This document shows, one piece after another, positions 41,469 through 53,915 of a stretch of DNA of 64,000 nucleotides (positions within the stretch are counted from its first letter, which is position 1; each line of letters starts with the position of its first letter). The position numbers were made by a program, and so were the translations under genes. Where the stretch lies: contig CAVQSP010000004.1 of assembly GCA_963715985.1 (NCBI GenBank), positions 32,001-96,000 on the forward strand, given 5' to 3'. The notes below the pieces were generated by a model. The model saw nothing but the letters and a program-made list of their open reading frames with translations. It made no database searches and was not told the DNA's origin. Source of the stretch: an uncultured Thermoleophilia bacterium (GTDB lineage Bacteria > Actinomycetota > Thermoleophilia > UBA2241).

Positions 41469-43262
41469 GCCGCATCATCCTCACGGTGAAGGACCTCGAG
41501 ATCGCCCTCGACCCCTCGGGCGTGGAGATCGATCACGAGGTCAACTTCGAGCTCGTCGAGGGCGAGGTCCTCGGCCTCGTCGGCGAGTCCGCGTCCGGCA
41601 AGACCACGGCCGCCACGTCGCTGCTCAACTTCCAGCGCCGTGGCGCCAAGATCTCCGGCGGCAACATCACCATCGACGACAAGGACGTGCTGTCCCTGGG
41701 CGCCTCGCAGCTGCGCCAGCTGCGCGGCGGGGTCATCAGCTACGTGCCGCAGGACCCGGGCTCGGCGCTCAACCCGGCCCTGCGCATCGGCCTGCAGCTG
41801 CGCGAGATCCTCGAGGTGCACGGCTTCGGCACGTCGGACGACGAGCGGCGTGCGCGCATCGAGGAGATGATGGCGGAGGTGCTGCTGCCGAGCACGAAGG
41901 AGTTCCTGCGCAGGTACCCGCACCAGCTCTCCGGCGGCCAGCAGCAGCGCGTGGCCCTGGCCATGGCCTTCGCCTGCCGGCCCAAGATCATCGTGCTGGA
42001 CGAGCCCACCACCGGCCTCGACGTGACCACGCAGGCGCACGTCCTCGACACCATCCGCGACCTCACCAATGCCCATCACGCGGCGGCCGTGTACGTGACG
42101 CACGACCTCGCCGTGGTGAGCGAGCTGGCCGACCGCATCGCCGTGATGTACGCGGGCAGGCTCGTGGAGATCGGCCCCGCCAGGGAGCTCTTCGCCGGGG
42201 CCAGCCACCCGTACACGCGCCGCTTGCTGCACGCCATCCCGCTGCTCTCGGGGCGGCGCACGCTGGAGGGCATCCCCGGCTTCGCGCCGCGCCCCGGCCG
42301 CCGTCCCACGGGCTGCGCCTTCGAGCCGCGCTGTGCCTACGCCATAGAGAAATGCGCCGCCGAGTTCCCTCCTGAGGAGGTCGTCGGGGAGTTCCACCGC
42401 GTGCGCTGCTGGCGCAACGAGGAGGTCCGCAACCAGGCGCCCGTGCTCCTCGAAGAGGACACCTCGGTGCTGGAGAGCGGCGGCGAGGAAGGCCTCGTCA
42501 CCGTGCGCGGCGTCACCGCCTGGTACGGCAACAAGGAGATCCTCCACGACATCGACATCACGCTGCGCGCCCACGAGTGCCTCGCCCTCGTCGGTGAGTC
42601 GGGCAGCGGCAAGACCACGCTGGCGCGCTGCATCGCCGGGCTGCACCCGTTCAAGGTCGAGGGCGAGATCAGCTTCCAGGGCAAGCAGCTGCCGCGCCTG
42701 GCGCGCAGCCGCTCGCGCTCGCTGCGGCACTCCATCCAGTACGTGTTCCAGAACCCCTACAGCTCGCTGAACCCGCGCAAGACCATCGCCCAGATCCTCT
42801 CGCAGCCGCTGTCGATCTTCTTCGACTACACGCGGGACCAGCAGGAGGCGCGGCTCGCCGAGGTGCTCGACCTGGTCTCGCTCGACGACACGCTGCTCTC
42901 CCGCTACCCGGACCAGCTCTCGGGCGGCGAGCGCCAGCGCGTGGCCATCGCGCGCGCCCTCGCCGCCGAGCCCACAGTGCTCGTGTGCGACGAGGTCACG
43001 TCCTGGCTCGACGTCTCGGTGCAGGCGTCCATCGTGGAGCTGCTGGTGCGGCTGCAGAAGGAGATCGGCCTCTGCATGCTGTTCGTGACGCACAACCTGG
43101 CTCTCATCCGCAGCATCGCCTACGACGTGGCGGTGATGAGCGAAGGGCGCATCGTGGAGTACGGTCCCACCGACGACGTGCTCGGCCGACCCCCAGGACG
43201 AGTACACGCGCAAGCTGCTGGCCGACACGCCGACCATCGAGCCGATAGCGGTCGAGACCTGA
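41465..43262 (+). CDS. Fused DppD/F ABC ATP-binding protein, frameshift near 43187
   Basis: Two Walker A motifs (GESASGKT, GESGSGKT), two LSGG motifs; the true end PQDEYTRKLL is in a shifted frame. Confidence 0.9.
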
Positions 43263-43363
43263 TCTCGCCGGCGCGCGCGGATGCGGGCGCCGCACGCGTG
43301 CCGAGCTTCACGCGCGTGCCGTAGCCCTTGCGGCACGCGCGCTGCGCAGACGGAAGGATGCCC

Positions 43364-44857
43364 ATGCGCGCACACACCACGTGGCTCAGCGGCGCCGAGA
43401 AGACGCTCGTCGTCGACGAGGCGCTGACGCTGCTCGAACGCGTCGGCATGCGCATGAAGGGCGCGCGTGCCCTCGAGGCGCTCGCGGCGGCGGGCGCCGA
43501 TGTGGACGCGGCCACGGGCATGGTGCGCTTTCCCCCCGCCCTCGTGAGGGCAGCCGTCGCCCAGTGCCCTCGCGACGTGCTCATGGGCGGCGCGACTCCG
43601 GCGGACGACGTGCTGTTCGCCGACGGCGAGCCTTCCCACTTCTGCTCCTCGGGGTGCGGGGCCTTCGTGCTCGACGACGAGACCGGCGAGCGCCGGCTCT
43701 CGACGCTCGACGACCTGTGCAAGGCCACGGCGCTGCTCGATGCCGCTTCCGAGGTCGACGTGATCTGGACGACGGTCACCGCCAACGACGTGCCGCTGGA
43801 GGTCCGCGAGCTTGTCGGCTACCACGCGGTACTCACGCAATCGGACAAGCACGTCACCTTCGTGGACTGCCCGTCCCAGGTAGAGCCGTTGCTGCGCATC
43901 GCCGAGATCGTCGCCGGCCATGCCGACGCCTTCCGCGAGCGGCCGCGCTTCAGCACGCTGATCACCGCCGCCTCGCCTCTGACGGTCGACGGGGCGAAGC
44001 TCGACTTCCACACCGCGGTCGCCGCCGCCGGCGTGCCGGTACAGGTCTACACGGTGCCGATGGCCGGGGCCACGGCGCCCGTCACCGTGGCCGGCGGCAT
44101 CACCCTCTCCGTGGCCGAGTTCCTCGGCGTCGCCACGGCCATCCAGTCCCTGGCGCCGGGTGCGAGGCTCATCTTCGGCGCCTCCGGCTCCATCATGGAC
44201 ATGCGCTCGGCCGGCATCTCCTACGCGTCGCCCGAGTCCAGCCTCATGGCCACCGCCTGCGTCGAGGTGGGCCACCTGCTCGGCGTGCCGGTGGCGGTCG
44301 CGGGCATGGCCACCGAGGCCAAGCACCCCGGCATCCAGGCCGGCTACGAGAAGGCGCTGCGAGGTCTCTCGGCCTGCGCCGCCGGGGCCGACGTGCTCAG
44401 CGGCGGCGTCGGCATGCTGGACAGCGTCAACACGCTGTACCTGCCGCAGATCGTCATCGACAACGAGATCGCCGGCTTGATCCGCCGGCTCCTCGGGGAG
44501 GTGACGATCTCGCACGAGGAGATCCTCGGCGAGATGGTCGAGAAGGTGGGCGTCGGCGGGCACTTCCTGGCCGAGAAGGAGACGCGGCGGCGCATCCGCG
44601 CCGGCGAGCACTTCGCGCCGGCGATCTCCACACGCGCCTCGTACGACGCCTGGGCGGCCGAGGGCCGCGATGAGCTGACGGTCGCGCGCGAGCTCACGGC
44701 CGAGATGCTCGCGGCCCGCGCCGACTGGCGCCCGGCGCTGAGCGACGAGCAGCTCGCCGCCCTCGCCGCCGTCTGCGGCATCGCACCCGCCCGATCTTCC
44801 GCCGGCGGCCGATCGCAGTCGCCTCCGAGCCTGAGGGGGCTGGCCCAAGCCTCCTGA
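43364..44857 (+). CDS. Non-pyrrolysine MttB-superfamily methyltransferase
   Basis: ASPL, PMAGATAPVTVAG, DMRS, VAGMATEAKHPGIQAGYEK (Ala at the Pyl-equivalent site). Confidence 0.9.
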   Translation: MRAHTTWLSGAEKTLVVDEALTLLERVGMRMKGARALEALAAAGADVDAATGMVRFPPALVRAAVAQCPRDVLMGGATPADDVLFADGEPSHFCSSGCGAFVLDDETGERRLSTLDDLCKATALLDAASEVDVIWTTVTANDVPLEVRELVGYHAVLTQSDKHVTFVDCPSQVEPLLRIAEIVAGHADAFRERPRFSTLITAASPLTVDGAKLDFHTAVAAAGVPVQVYTVPMAGATAPVTVAGGITLSVAEFLGVATAIQSLAPGARLIFGASGSIMDMRSAGISYASPESSLMATACVEVGHLLGVPVAVAGMATEAKHPGIQAGYEKALRGLSACAAGADVLSGGVGMLDSVNTLYLPQIVIDNEIAGLIRRLLGEVTISHEEILGEMVEKVGVGGHFLAEKETRRRIRAGEHFAPAISTRASYDAWAAEGRDELTVARELTAEMLAARADWRPALSDEQLAALAAVCGIAPARSSAGGRSQSPPSLRGLAQAS

Positions 44858-45073
44858 CAGGGAGCTTCCGGACGCCACCATCCCCGCAGCTACCCCGAGG
44901 CGTCTCGCGACGATCACACGATTCGCGCCTACAGTGAGGGCTCAGGCGTCGCGGTCGTGACACGTCGAGCGCTCTGGTCGAGGTGGGATCCTGGCCGGGC
45001 GACGCGGGGCTGCACGACGCTACCATCAGTGGCCTCCACGGGCGCTGACCCCGCTTCGCGGCGGCCAGATCAC

Positions 45074-45139
45074 CACCCGAACGGGTGAGAAGAGGGACGC
45101 AGTTCGGGTGTGGTGACCCGATGCTGCTGACCATATCGT
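45074..45139 (+). promoter_or_regulatory. Repeated regulatory motif, copy 1 (CACCCGAACGGGTGA-N16-CGGGTGTGGTG ... TATCGT)
   Basis: Same architecture as four other intergenic copies. Confidence 0.65.
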
Positions 45140-45498
45140 TCGGGCGGACGTCGACCGGCCGAAGCCACGCGCACCGACACGGCCCTGGATGACACGCCGG
45201 GTCGATGGGGCGGGCAGCTTCCCCGCCCGGCAATCGGATGGTCGAGCCGTCGACGAGTACGGATGCCGGCAACTCGGTGCAGTCACGGACGGCGAGCACC
45301 ACTGACCATGCGCTCTTCATCGCCTATCGAAGCCGAAGGGGGTGACATTCCGTCTTCACGACGATCTCACGAGCCCTGACGAAGACACCGGGGAAACGGG
45401 CTGGCCGCCTGGCCGTCGCTCGCGGGCCGCGCCCACATCGCGTGGATGCGCAGGAAGGGCCCGGGTCCAGCCGACTGCGAACGAGAGGTAGGGAAGCG

Positions 45499-46727
45499 AT
45501 GCGCAAGCGTTTGATCGTCACCACAGGCTTGCTCCTTGCGTTGTTTGGACTGCTCGCGATGAATGCCGTCGCCACTCTGGCGGCCAGTGCGGACGTGGTC
45601 GAGCCGCTCGGTTTCTACGCGAGCGCACCCGACGGGTGGCAATCGAAAGGCGTCGGCACACTCCTCAAGTGGGAGCGCGAGCGCGATACCTGTGACGCGC
45701 TGAAGGGCCTCAAGGGGTACCGCGTGATGTACGTCAGCCGTGGAGCCCTGGGTGAGAAGACGTTCGAGACCGGCATGGTGTTCTTCCCCACACGCGGGAG
45801 CGCGCCCAAGGCGGGACGTTCTGTGATGGCCTGGGATCACGGGACGGCTGGTGTCGGCGAGAGCGCCGCACCGTCGCGCTATCCGTGGTTGTACCCCACC
45901 GATGAGGCCTACCCTTGGGATTGGAGCGCCCGCTGGGTAGGGCATCTGGGGCGGATGGGCTACGTTGTGGCGTGTCCGGACTACGAAGGGCTCGGCACGC
46001 CTGACCCGCATACGTACATGAACGCGGAGTCCCAGGCGCGATCGACCATCGACGCCGTCCGCGCCGCCCGCCAGCTGGCCGGCAAGATGGGCGTCCGGGT
46101 CTCCCGAGAATGGGGTGTCGCCGGTCACTCGCAGGGTGGCATGTCGGCCCTTGCGGCGGCAGAGTGGGCGCCAAGCTACGCCAAGGAACTCTCTCTGCTC
46201 GCGACGGTCGCGGTCTCGCCGGCCACCGAGATGCCGACCCTCCTCTCGCTCTGCGGGACGAGCGATGCCTGGCCGTATCTCGGGTACTGCGCGGCGGGGA
46301 TCCAGGCTGTCGACCCCGACTTCGATGTCGCGGAGCTCTGCGGACCTGGCTCCTGCCGTACATCGATTCGGCGCCGGACTACTTCTATGACGAGTGGTTC
46401 GGGTACCTTCTGAACAGCGGGCCGAACGCCGGCCAGACTCCGGTCATAGGCGACGCCTTGGCCAGCAGCTGGGAGAGCAGCTCTGCCGTCCAGCAGTTCA
46501 TCGCGGCGTCGGACGTTGAGAGCAAGAAGCCCGCCGGCCCCGTGTACGTCATGATGGGCGACAGGGATTTCATGATCTCCACGTTCCTGCCCCTCTGGTA
46601 CAAGCTGTACGGCCTCGGCACCGATTTGGAGGGTGTGCTCCTGGCGGGCCAGGACCACACTCAGGCCCTGTGGGCAGGATGGCCGTATGCCAAGGCCTTC
46701 CTCGAGGAGAACCTGCCGCCGCGCTGA
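45499..46727 (+). CDS. Secreted lipase/esterase, frameshift near 46345
   Basis: Signal peptide, W.HGTAG, DYEGLGTP, GHSQGG. Confidence 0.82.
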
Positions 46728-46847
46728 CGAAAGGTGCTTCGTGGGTGCCGTGGACGTGGGCACCGCGGCAGTTGTCGCGCTGACGCGGGCGGGGAGACGG
46801 GTCAAGGCCGCCCCGCCCGCCCTGCTCATCCGGCACAGCGCGGAAAC

Positions 46848-46913
46848 CACCCGAATGGGTGACGGCACGCGCGCAGTCCGGGTGTTGTGGCTGCGTCCCG
46901 CCGTCTCCATCAT
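46848..46913 (+). promoter_or_regulatory. Repeated regulatory motif, copy 2 (CACCCGAATGGGTGA-N16-CGGGTGTTGTG; -35 TTGTGG-N17-CATCAT)
   Basis: Upstream of the second ABC operon. Confidence 0.75.
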
Positions 46914-47001
46914 GCACACAGAGTCCCCCGGGCTCGGGCCGGGGACATCCACGCAAGGATCGGGCACACGAACGTGTCGCTTCCGACCGCAAGGAGGACT
47001 G

Positions 47002-48610
47002 ATGAAGAGGGGGGCATCGATTCGCAAGCAGATCGCCGCCTGGTGCGCGTGTAGCCTGGTGGCGGTCGCGGCGCTGCTCGGCGCCGCGGCCTGTGGAGAC
47101 GACAGCGGCACCGCGAGCTCGCCGAGCGCGACGGCTGATGTCCTTCGCGTCGTGGGCGCGCAGAGCCCGACGACGTGGGACCCCAGCGCGGCCTACTCCG
47201 ACGAGGTCGCCTACGTGGCCAACTGCTACGAGACTCTCGTCTACGCGAACCCGCCCGGCAGCGCCGAGCCGTTCGCTCCGAAGCTGGCCACGTCGTGGCA
47301 GGTCTCCGACGACGGGCTCACCTGGACCTTCGACCTGCGCGAAGGCGTCACCTTCCACGATGGGACGCCCTTCAACGCGCAGGCCGTCAAGTACTCCTTC
47401 GACCGCACCAAGAAGATGAACCTTGGTGGCGCCTACCTGTTGTGGGCCGTCGACAAGGTCAAAGTCGTCAGCGACTACCAGGTGCAGTTCATCCTGTCGA
47501 CACCGGTGGCGCTGGACCGCGTCGTCGCGGCCGAGTCCGCCGGGTACATCTTCAGTCCGGCGACCACAGACAAGAACGCGGACTGGTGGGAAGCGCCGAA
47601 CGAGGCCGGCACCGGGCCGTGGGTGCTCGACTCCTACACGCCCAACGAGGAAGTCGTCTTCTCTCGCTACGCCGACTACTGGGGCGGCTGGCAGGACAAC
47701 CAGTTCCGCAAGGTCGTCGTCAAGATCGTGGGCGACTCCACCACCTCGCGGCAGATGCTCGAGGCCGGCGACGTGGACGTGCAGTGGGGGACGGCGCCCG
47801 ATGACATCCCCGCCCTCCAGTCAAATCCCTCGCTCGAGGTCTATGCCGAGCCGAGCTTCTACAGTTTTGTCATGTTCTTCAACACCCAGCGCAAGCCGCT
47901 CGATGACGTCAAGGTGCGGCAGGCCCTGTCCTACGCCGTCCCCTACGCGGACATCATCGCCATCGGCGCCAACGGCATGGGCAGCCAGGCATGTGGCCCG
48001 GTCCCGGCGGGGCTGTGGCCGTACCGACAAGGACCTGCCCCAGTACACCACCGACGTCGAGAAGGCCAAGAGCCTGCTGGCCGAGGCCGGGTACCCGGAC
48101 GGCGGCTTCAAGCTCACGCTGACCTACTCGAGCGAGAACTTCCAGGAAGCGAAGTGGGCTCCCCTCATCAAAGAGGCGTTCGCCCAGGTCGGCGTGGACG
48201 TCACCGTCCAGAGCATGCTGTGGAATCAGCAGTGGGCCAAGGCCAAAGGTGCGGCCGGCAAGCGGCAGGACATGACCTGTCTGGAGTGGTGGCCCAGCTA
48301 CCCGAACGGGCTCGACGAGCTGTACGGGATGTTCCACACCGAGGAGCAGCCTTACTTCAATCTGGCCTACTGGTCCAGCCCTGAGTACGACAAGCTTCTG
48401 TACGAGGCGAACGGGCTGGAGGCGACGGACGCCGCGAAGTCCTTCGAGCTCTACTCCCAAGCCCAGAACATCCTGGTCGACGAGGCACCGGCCGCGTATC
48501 TCTACGATGCCTACGGATTGGCCGCGTGGCTGAAGACGGTCAAGGTCGACAGCGCCGCGGTGAACCCGAACTACCCCAGCGTCCTGTCCTACAGCGGGGT
48601 GACCCTCTAG
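47002..48610 (+). CDS. Family 5 ABC solute-binding lipoprotein, frameshift near 48020
   Basis: AAACG lipobox, LREGVTFHDGTPFNA, GTGPW, VRQALSYA. Confidence 0.9.
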
Positions 48611-48729
48611 CTCCCTGAGGCCCTCGCCGCCCGCCAGGTGGCCGGCCCGGTGACGTTCCCTGCGACACCGGGCCGGCCGCCGGCACGAACCGCCAGTCCG
48701 ATCTCCGAGAGCGCTGGAGGTGACAGACC

Positions 48730-49752
48730 GTGAGTATCTCGGCCTATGTGGCCCGCAGGCTCATCCTGCTCGTGGTGGTGCTGCTCGGCGTGAGCGTGCT
48801 TACCTTCGTCATGGTCCGGGTCGTCCCCTCGGACCCCGCCGCGCTCTACGTCGGCGCCAACGCAAGACCGGGGCAGGTCGCCGAGGCGCGCCAGATCCTG
48901 GGCCTGGACAGGCCTGCCTACGTGCAGTTCGGCCTGTACATGAAGGGCCTGGTCACCGGTCAGTGGGGCGACTCTCTGCGCACGCACAGGCCCGTCCTTC
49001 GTGACATCGGCGACTTCCTGCCCGCCACGCTCGAGCTCATCATCTGCGCGCTCTTCGTCTCGTCGATCGCGGGCGTCCTGCTGGGGGTGGTCGCCGCCAA
49101 AGCGAAGGGCGCCTGGATCGACCAGGTGCTCCGCTTCTTCTCCATCAGCGGCGTGTCGCTGCCGGTGTTCTGGCTCGCGCTCGTCCTCCAGGTCGTCTTC
49201 TTCCGGTACCTTCACCTGCTGCCCGTGGCCGGCCAGAACGACATCCTGGTCGTCCAGCAGCACCCCATAACCCCGATCACGCACATGGCGCTCGTGGACG
49301 CCCTCATCACCGGCAACTGGAGCGCCTTCACCGACGGTCTTCGCCACCTCATCCTGCCGGTGCTCGCACTCTCTGCCTACTCGGCCGGCGTGGTCATGCG
49401 CATGACGCGTTCGGCCATGCTCGAGACCCTCGGTCAGGACTACATCCGCATGGACAGGGCGATGGGCCTGCCCCCTCGCCTCATCTTCTACAAGGCCGCC
49501 CTCAAGAACGCTCTCGGGCCGGTGCTCACGGTCATCGGCCTGAACTTCGCCTATTCGCTGACCGGAGCCTTCTTCATCGAGTTGATCTTCGCCTGGCCGG
49601 GGCTCGGCATGTACGCCACGACCTCCGTGCTCAGTCTCGACTACCCCGCCATCGTGGGGGTCACCGTGATCGTCGCCCTCGTCTACGTGATCGTCAACAT
49701 GTTGGTCGATCTGCTCCAGGCGTGGCTGGATCCGCGGATCGTCCTCGACTAG
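48730..49752 (+). CDS. ABC permease, DppB-like
   Basis: PSDPA, PATLEL, RSAMLE, FAWPGLG. Confidence 0.92.
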   Translation: MSISAYVARRLILLVVVLLGVSVLTFVMVRVVPSDPAALYVGANARPGQVAEARQILGLDRPAYVQFGLYMKGLVTGQWGDSLRTHRPVLRDIGDFLPATLELIICALFVSSIAGVLLGVVAAKAKGAWIDQVLRFFSISGVSLPVFWLALVLQVVFFRYLHLLPVAGQNDILVVQQHPITPITHMALVDALITGNWSAFTDGLRHLILPVLALSAYSAGVVMRMTRSAMLETLGQDYIRMDRAMGLPPRLIFYKAALKNALGPVLTVIGLNFAYSLTGAFFIELIFAWPGLGMYATTSVLSLDYPAIVGVTVIVALVYVIVNMLVDLLQAWLDPRIVLD

Positions 49753-49760
49753 GAGTGGCA

Positions 49761-50666
49761 ATGGAGACCTCAACGGCCGGTCGGCTGGCCGAGTGGCGGA
49801 TCCGCCATCAAGCGTCCATCCAGGAGACACGCCACGGGGTCCGGATCTTCCTGAAGGACCGGCTTGCGGTCGCCGGCCTGGTCGTCATCGTGCTGGCCAT
49901 CCTTGCCGCGGTGCTCGCGCCGCAGCTCGCGCCCTACCCCGAACAGGGTCGCGGGCAGACGAACCTCCCGACGCGCTTCGCCGCTCCATCGGCAGACCAT
50001 CCGATGGGCGCCGACAGTCAGGGGCGCGACGTTCTCAGCCGCGTCCTGTTCGGTGCGCGCCTGCCCCTCACGATCGCGTTCGTCGCCACGGCGGCGATCA
50101 TCCTCATCGGCGTCCCGCTCGGGGGTATCGCCGGGTACTACGGGGGAAGGGTCGACGACATCGTGATGCGCGTCACGGACATCTTTCTGGCGTTTCCCTC
50201 ATTGGTGCTTGCCATCGCCTTCGTGGCGTTTCTTGGCCCCAGCATCCGCAACGTCGTGATCGCGATCGTGATCTCCTGGTGGCCGTGGTACACGCGGCTC
50301 GTGCGCGGCATGGCGGTCAGCCTCCGGCACCGGCCGTACGTGGAGGCCGCCCGGACGATGGGCGTCAGGAACCCCACGATCATCCGGCGACACATCCTCC
50401 CCAATGCCCTGGGTCCGGTCATCGTCCAGGCCACGATCGACATCGGAACCGTCATCCTCGCCGCGGCGGCGCTGAGCTTCCTCGGTCTGGGCGCCTCCGC
50501 GCCGACTCCCGAATGGGGCCTGATGGTGTCCGAGGGCCGCCAGTACATCCTCCAGCAGTGGTGGATCGGCACCTTCCCCGGGCTGGCGATCTTCGCGCTC
50601 GTGCTCGCCTTCAACGTCGTCGGCGACGGGCTGCGCGACGTACTCGACCCCCGCTCCAAGAGGTAG
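49761..50666 (+). CDS. ABC permease, DppC-like
   Basis: GRDVLSR, YVEAARTMG, PEWG, GDGLRDVLDP. Confidence 0.92.
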   Translation: METSTAGRLAEWRIRHQASIQETRHGVRIFLKDRLAVAGLVVIVLAILAAVLAPQLAPYPEQGRGQTNLPTRFAAPSADHPMGADSQGRDVLSRVLFGARLPLTIAFVATAAIILIGVPLGGIAGYYGGRVDDIVMRVTDIFLAFPSLVLAIAFVAFLGPSIRNVVIAIVISWWPWYTRLVRGMAVSLRHRPYVEAARTMGVRNPTIIRRHILPNALGPVIVQATIDIGTVILAAAALSFLGLGASAPTPEWGLMVSEGRQYILQQWWIGTFPGLAIFALVLAFNVVGDGLRDVLDPRSKR

Positions 50667-50671
50667 GGAGC

Positions 50672-51666
<995 letters not shown>

Positions 51667-51670
<4 letters not shown>

Positions 51671-52683
51671 GCCTCCTGTCCGTCGACGACCTCACCGTCC
51701 ACTTCCGCATCCGCCGCGGCTGGAGACGCCGGCGCGACGACATCGTCCACGCCGTCGACGGTGTCTCCCTGCGCATCGCCGAAGGGGAGACCCTGGCTCT
51801 GGTCGGTGAGTCGGGATGCGGCAAGACGACGGTGGCGCGCGCGATCCTGCAGCTCGAGAAGGCCACCGCCGGTCGCGTGACGTTCATGGGCACCGACCTC
51901 GCAACGCTCAAGCCTGCACAGCGCCGGGCGACCATGCTCAGTGCGCAGGTGGTGTTCCAGGATCCGTACTCGTCGCTCAACCCGCGCATGACCGTGCACG
52001 ATCTCGTCGCCGAGCCGCTGGTGGCAAGCTCGGATCTCGGCGGCAGTGCGCTGGAGGCACGCATAACCTCCCTCCTGGAGATGGTAGGCCTCGGGACCCA
52101 GCACCTCTGGCGCCGCCCGCACGAGTTCAGCGGAGGGCAGTGCCAGCGGATCGCGATCGCGCGAGCTCTCGCGCTGGATCCCCGGCTGGTGGTCCTCGAC
52201 GAACCGACGTCCGCGCTCGACGTCTCGGTGCAGTCGCGCATCCTGCTGCTGCTCCACGACCTGCAGGAGCGCCTGGGCCTGGCCTATCTCCTGATCGCTC
52301 ACGACCTGGCCGCAGTCCAGTCGATGTCCGACTCGGTGGCCGTCATGTACCTCGGCCAGCTCGTCGAGCATGGTCCGGCCGACGAGGTGTTCGGCGATCC
52401 CCGGCATCCGTACACTCTTGCCCTGCTGGCGAGCGTGCCGTCACCGGATCCTGAGGTGCGCGGAGAGATGAAGACCCTCGAGGGCGACGTCCCAAGCGCC
52501 GTCAACCCTCCCTCGGGCTGTCGTTTTCACCCTCGCTGCAAGTACCGCATGCCTGTCTGCAGCGAGGAGCGTCCAGAGCCACATGCTGTCGGCGGTCGGC
52601 TCGTCGCGTGTCATCTGCCCGACGATTCTGACCTCTCAGCGGAGGGCTCGATTGCGCGGAGTCTGGCCCAAGCCGGAGCCTGA
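51667..52683 (+). CDS. ABC ATP-binding protein, DppF-like
   Basis: GESGCGKT, FSGGQ.QR, DEPTSALD, HPYT. Confidence 0.92.
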
Positions 52684-52730
52684 AGAGAAGCCGCCTGAGT
52701 GCGGCACCATGACTGTCGAAGGAGAACGGA

Positions 52731-53549
52731 ATGGCGACGGAGTGCAAGCGAGGCCTGCGGATAGGTCTCGCGCAGATCGACGTGAAGGACCTCGACAAGG
52801 AGGCCAACCTGGCCGCCGCCAGCCAGGCGGTCGCGACCGCGGCGGCCGACGGGGCGGACCTCGTCGTCCTTCCCGAGATGGTGGCGAGTGGCTTCGGGAT
52901 GCGCGAAGAACTGCTTCCGCTTGCCGAGACCAGGGACAGCATCTATCCCGGGCCGTGGGGCAGCCTGGCTCGGGAGCACAACGTCGGTATCATCGCCAGC
53001 TTTCCCGAGCTGACCGATGGCGACGTCATCTACAACACGAGCGTCGCCATCGGCCGCATCGGCGAACCGCTCGCCTTCCATCGCAAGACGCGCCTGTACA
53101 ACTACGAGCGCTACGCGGTGACGGCGGGTCCACGCGTCGAGGGGCACTTCACCTTCGAGGGCGTCCGGTTCGGCTTGTTGTGCTGCTACGAGGTCGAGTT
53201 CCCAGAGCTCGCGCGCACCCTCATGCTCGGCGGCGCGCAATGCATCATCATCCCGACCGGGAACATGCTGCCCTGGGACCGCCACCACCGCGTGTACATC
53301 CAGGCGCGGGCGATGGAGAACCAGGTCTTCGTGGCCTACTGCAACCGCTACGGCGTGAGTGCGACGCTCGACTTGGACTTCGTGGGCGAGAGTGCCCTCG
53401 TCGACCCGAGCGGCAGGCTCGTTGTGGACTGCGGGGCCGGCGAGAAGGTGGTCTGCGCCGATCTCGACCTGGGCCTCATCGAGGAGTCCCGGGCGATCAT
53501 CGACTACCTGCACGACCTGCGGCCCGGGACGTTCGGCTATGGTTGCTGA
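52731..53549 (+). CDS. Carbon-nitrogen hydrolase (nitrilase/amidase family)
   Basis: E-K-C triad in LPEM, HRKT and CYEVEFPE; RAMENQ. Confidence 0.9.
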   Translation: MATECKRGLRIGLAQIDVKDLDKEANLAAASQAVATAAADGADLVVLPEMVASGFGMREELLPLAETRDSIYPGPWGSLAREHNVGIIASFPELTDGDVIYNTSVAIGRIGEPLAFHRKTRLYNYERYAVTAGPRVEGHFTFEGVRFGLLCCYEVEFPELARTLMLGGAQCIIIPTGNMLPWDRHHRVYIQARAMENQVFVAYCNRYGVSATLDLDFVGESALVDPSGRLVVDCGAGEKVVCADLDLGLIEESRAIIDYLHDLRPGTFGYGC

Positions 53550-53608
53550 TGGCCCACGTCGCTGCGGCCGTCCGGTCGGCGGCATGATTGCGCAGGGAGG
53601 AGAGCGGC

Positions 53609-53887
53609 ATGACCGATCGGGAACGACGCTTGCTCATCCAGACGCGGGCGCTGGAGAACCAGGTCTTCCTGGTCGACTGCAACCTCAACGGCGCGAGCCC
53701 GAAGCTGGGCATGGACTTCCCCCGCGAGAGCGCCATCGTCGACCCCTTTGGGAGGACCGTCGTGGACTGCGCGGCTGGCGGGAAGGTGGTCTGTGGCAAC
53801 CTCGACCTCGGCTTCATCGAGGAGTCCCGGGTCGACTTCGACTACCTGAACGAGCGCCGGCCGCAGACCTACGCGCTTGGCCGGTGA
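53609..53887 (+). pseudogene. Truncated C-terminal paralog fragment of the preceding C-N hydrolase
   Basis: RALENQVF...ESAIVDP.GR.VVDC...DLG.IEESR aligns to the last third of 52731-53549; no catalytic triad. Confidence 0.7.
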
Positions 53888-53915
53888 GGCCGAGCGCTCT
53901 GGTATCGCGGCAGCT

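Noticed and set aside
53547-53611. Selenocysteine or read-through joining the nitrilase to its fragment
   Set aside because: The two ORFs are in different frames, and the upstream gene is already complete.
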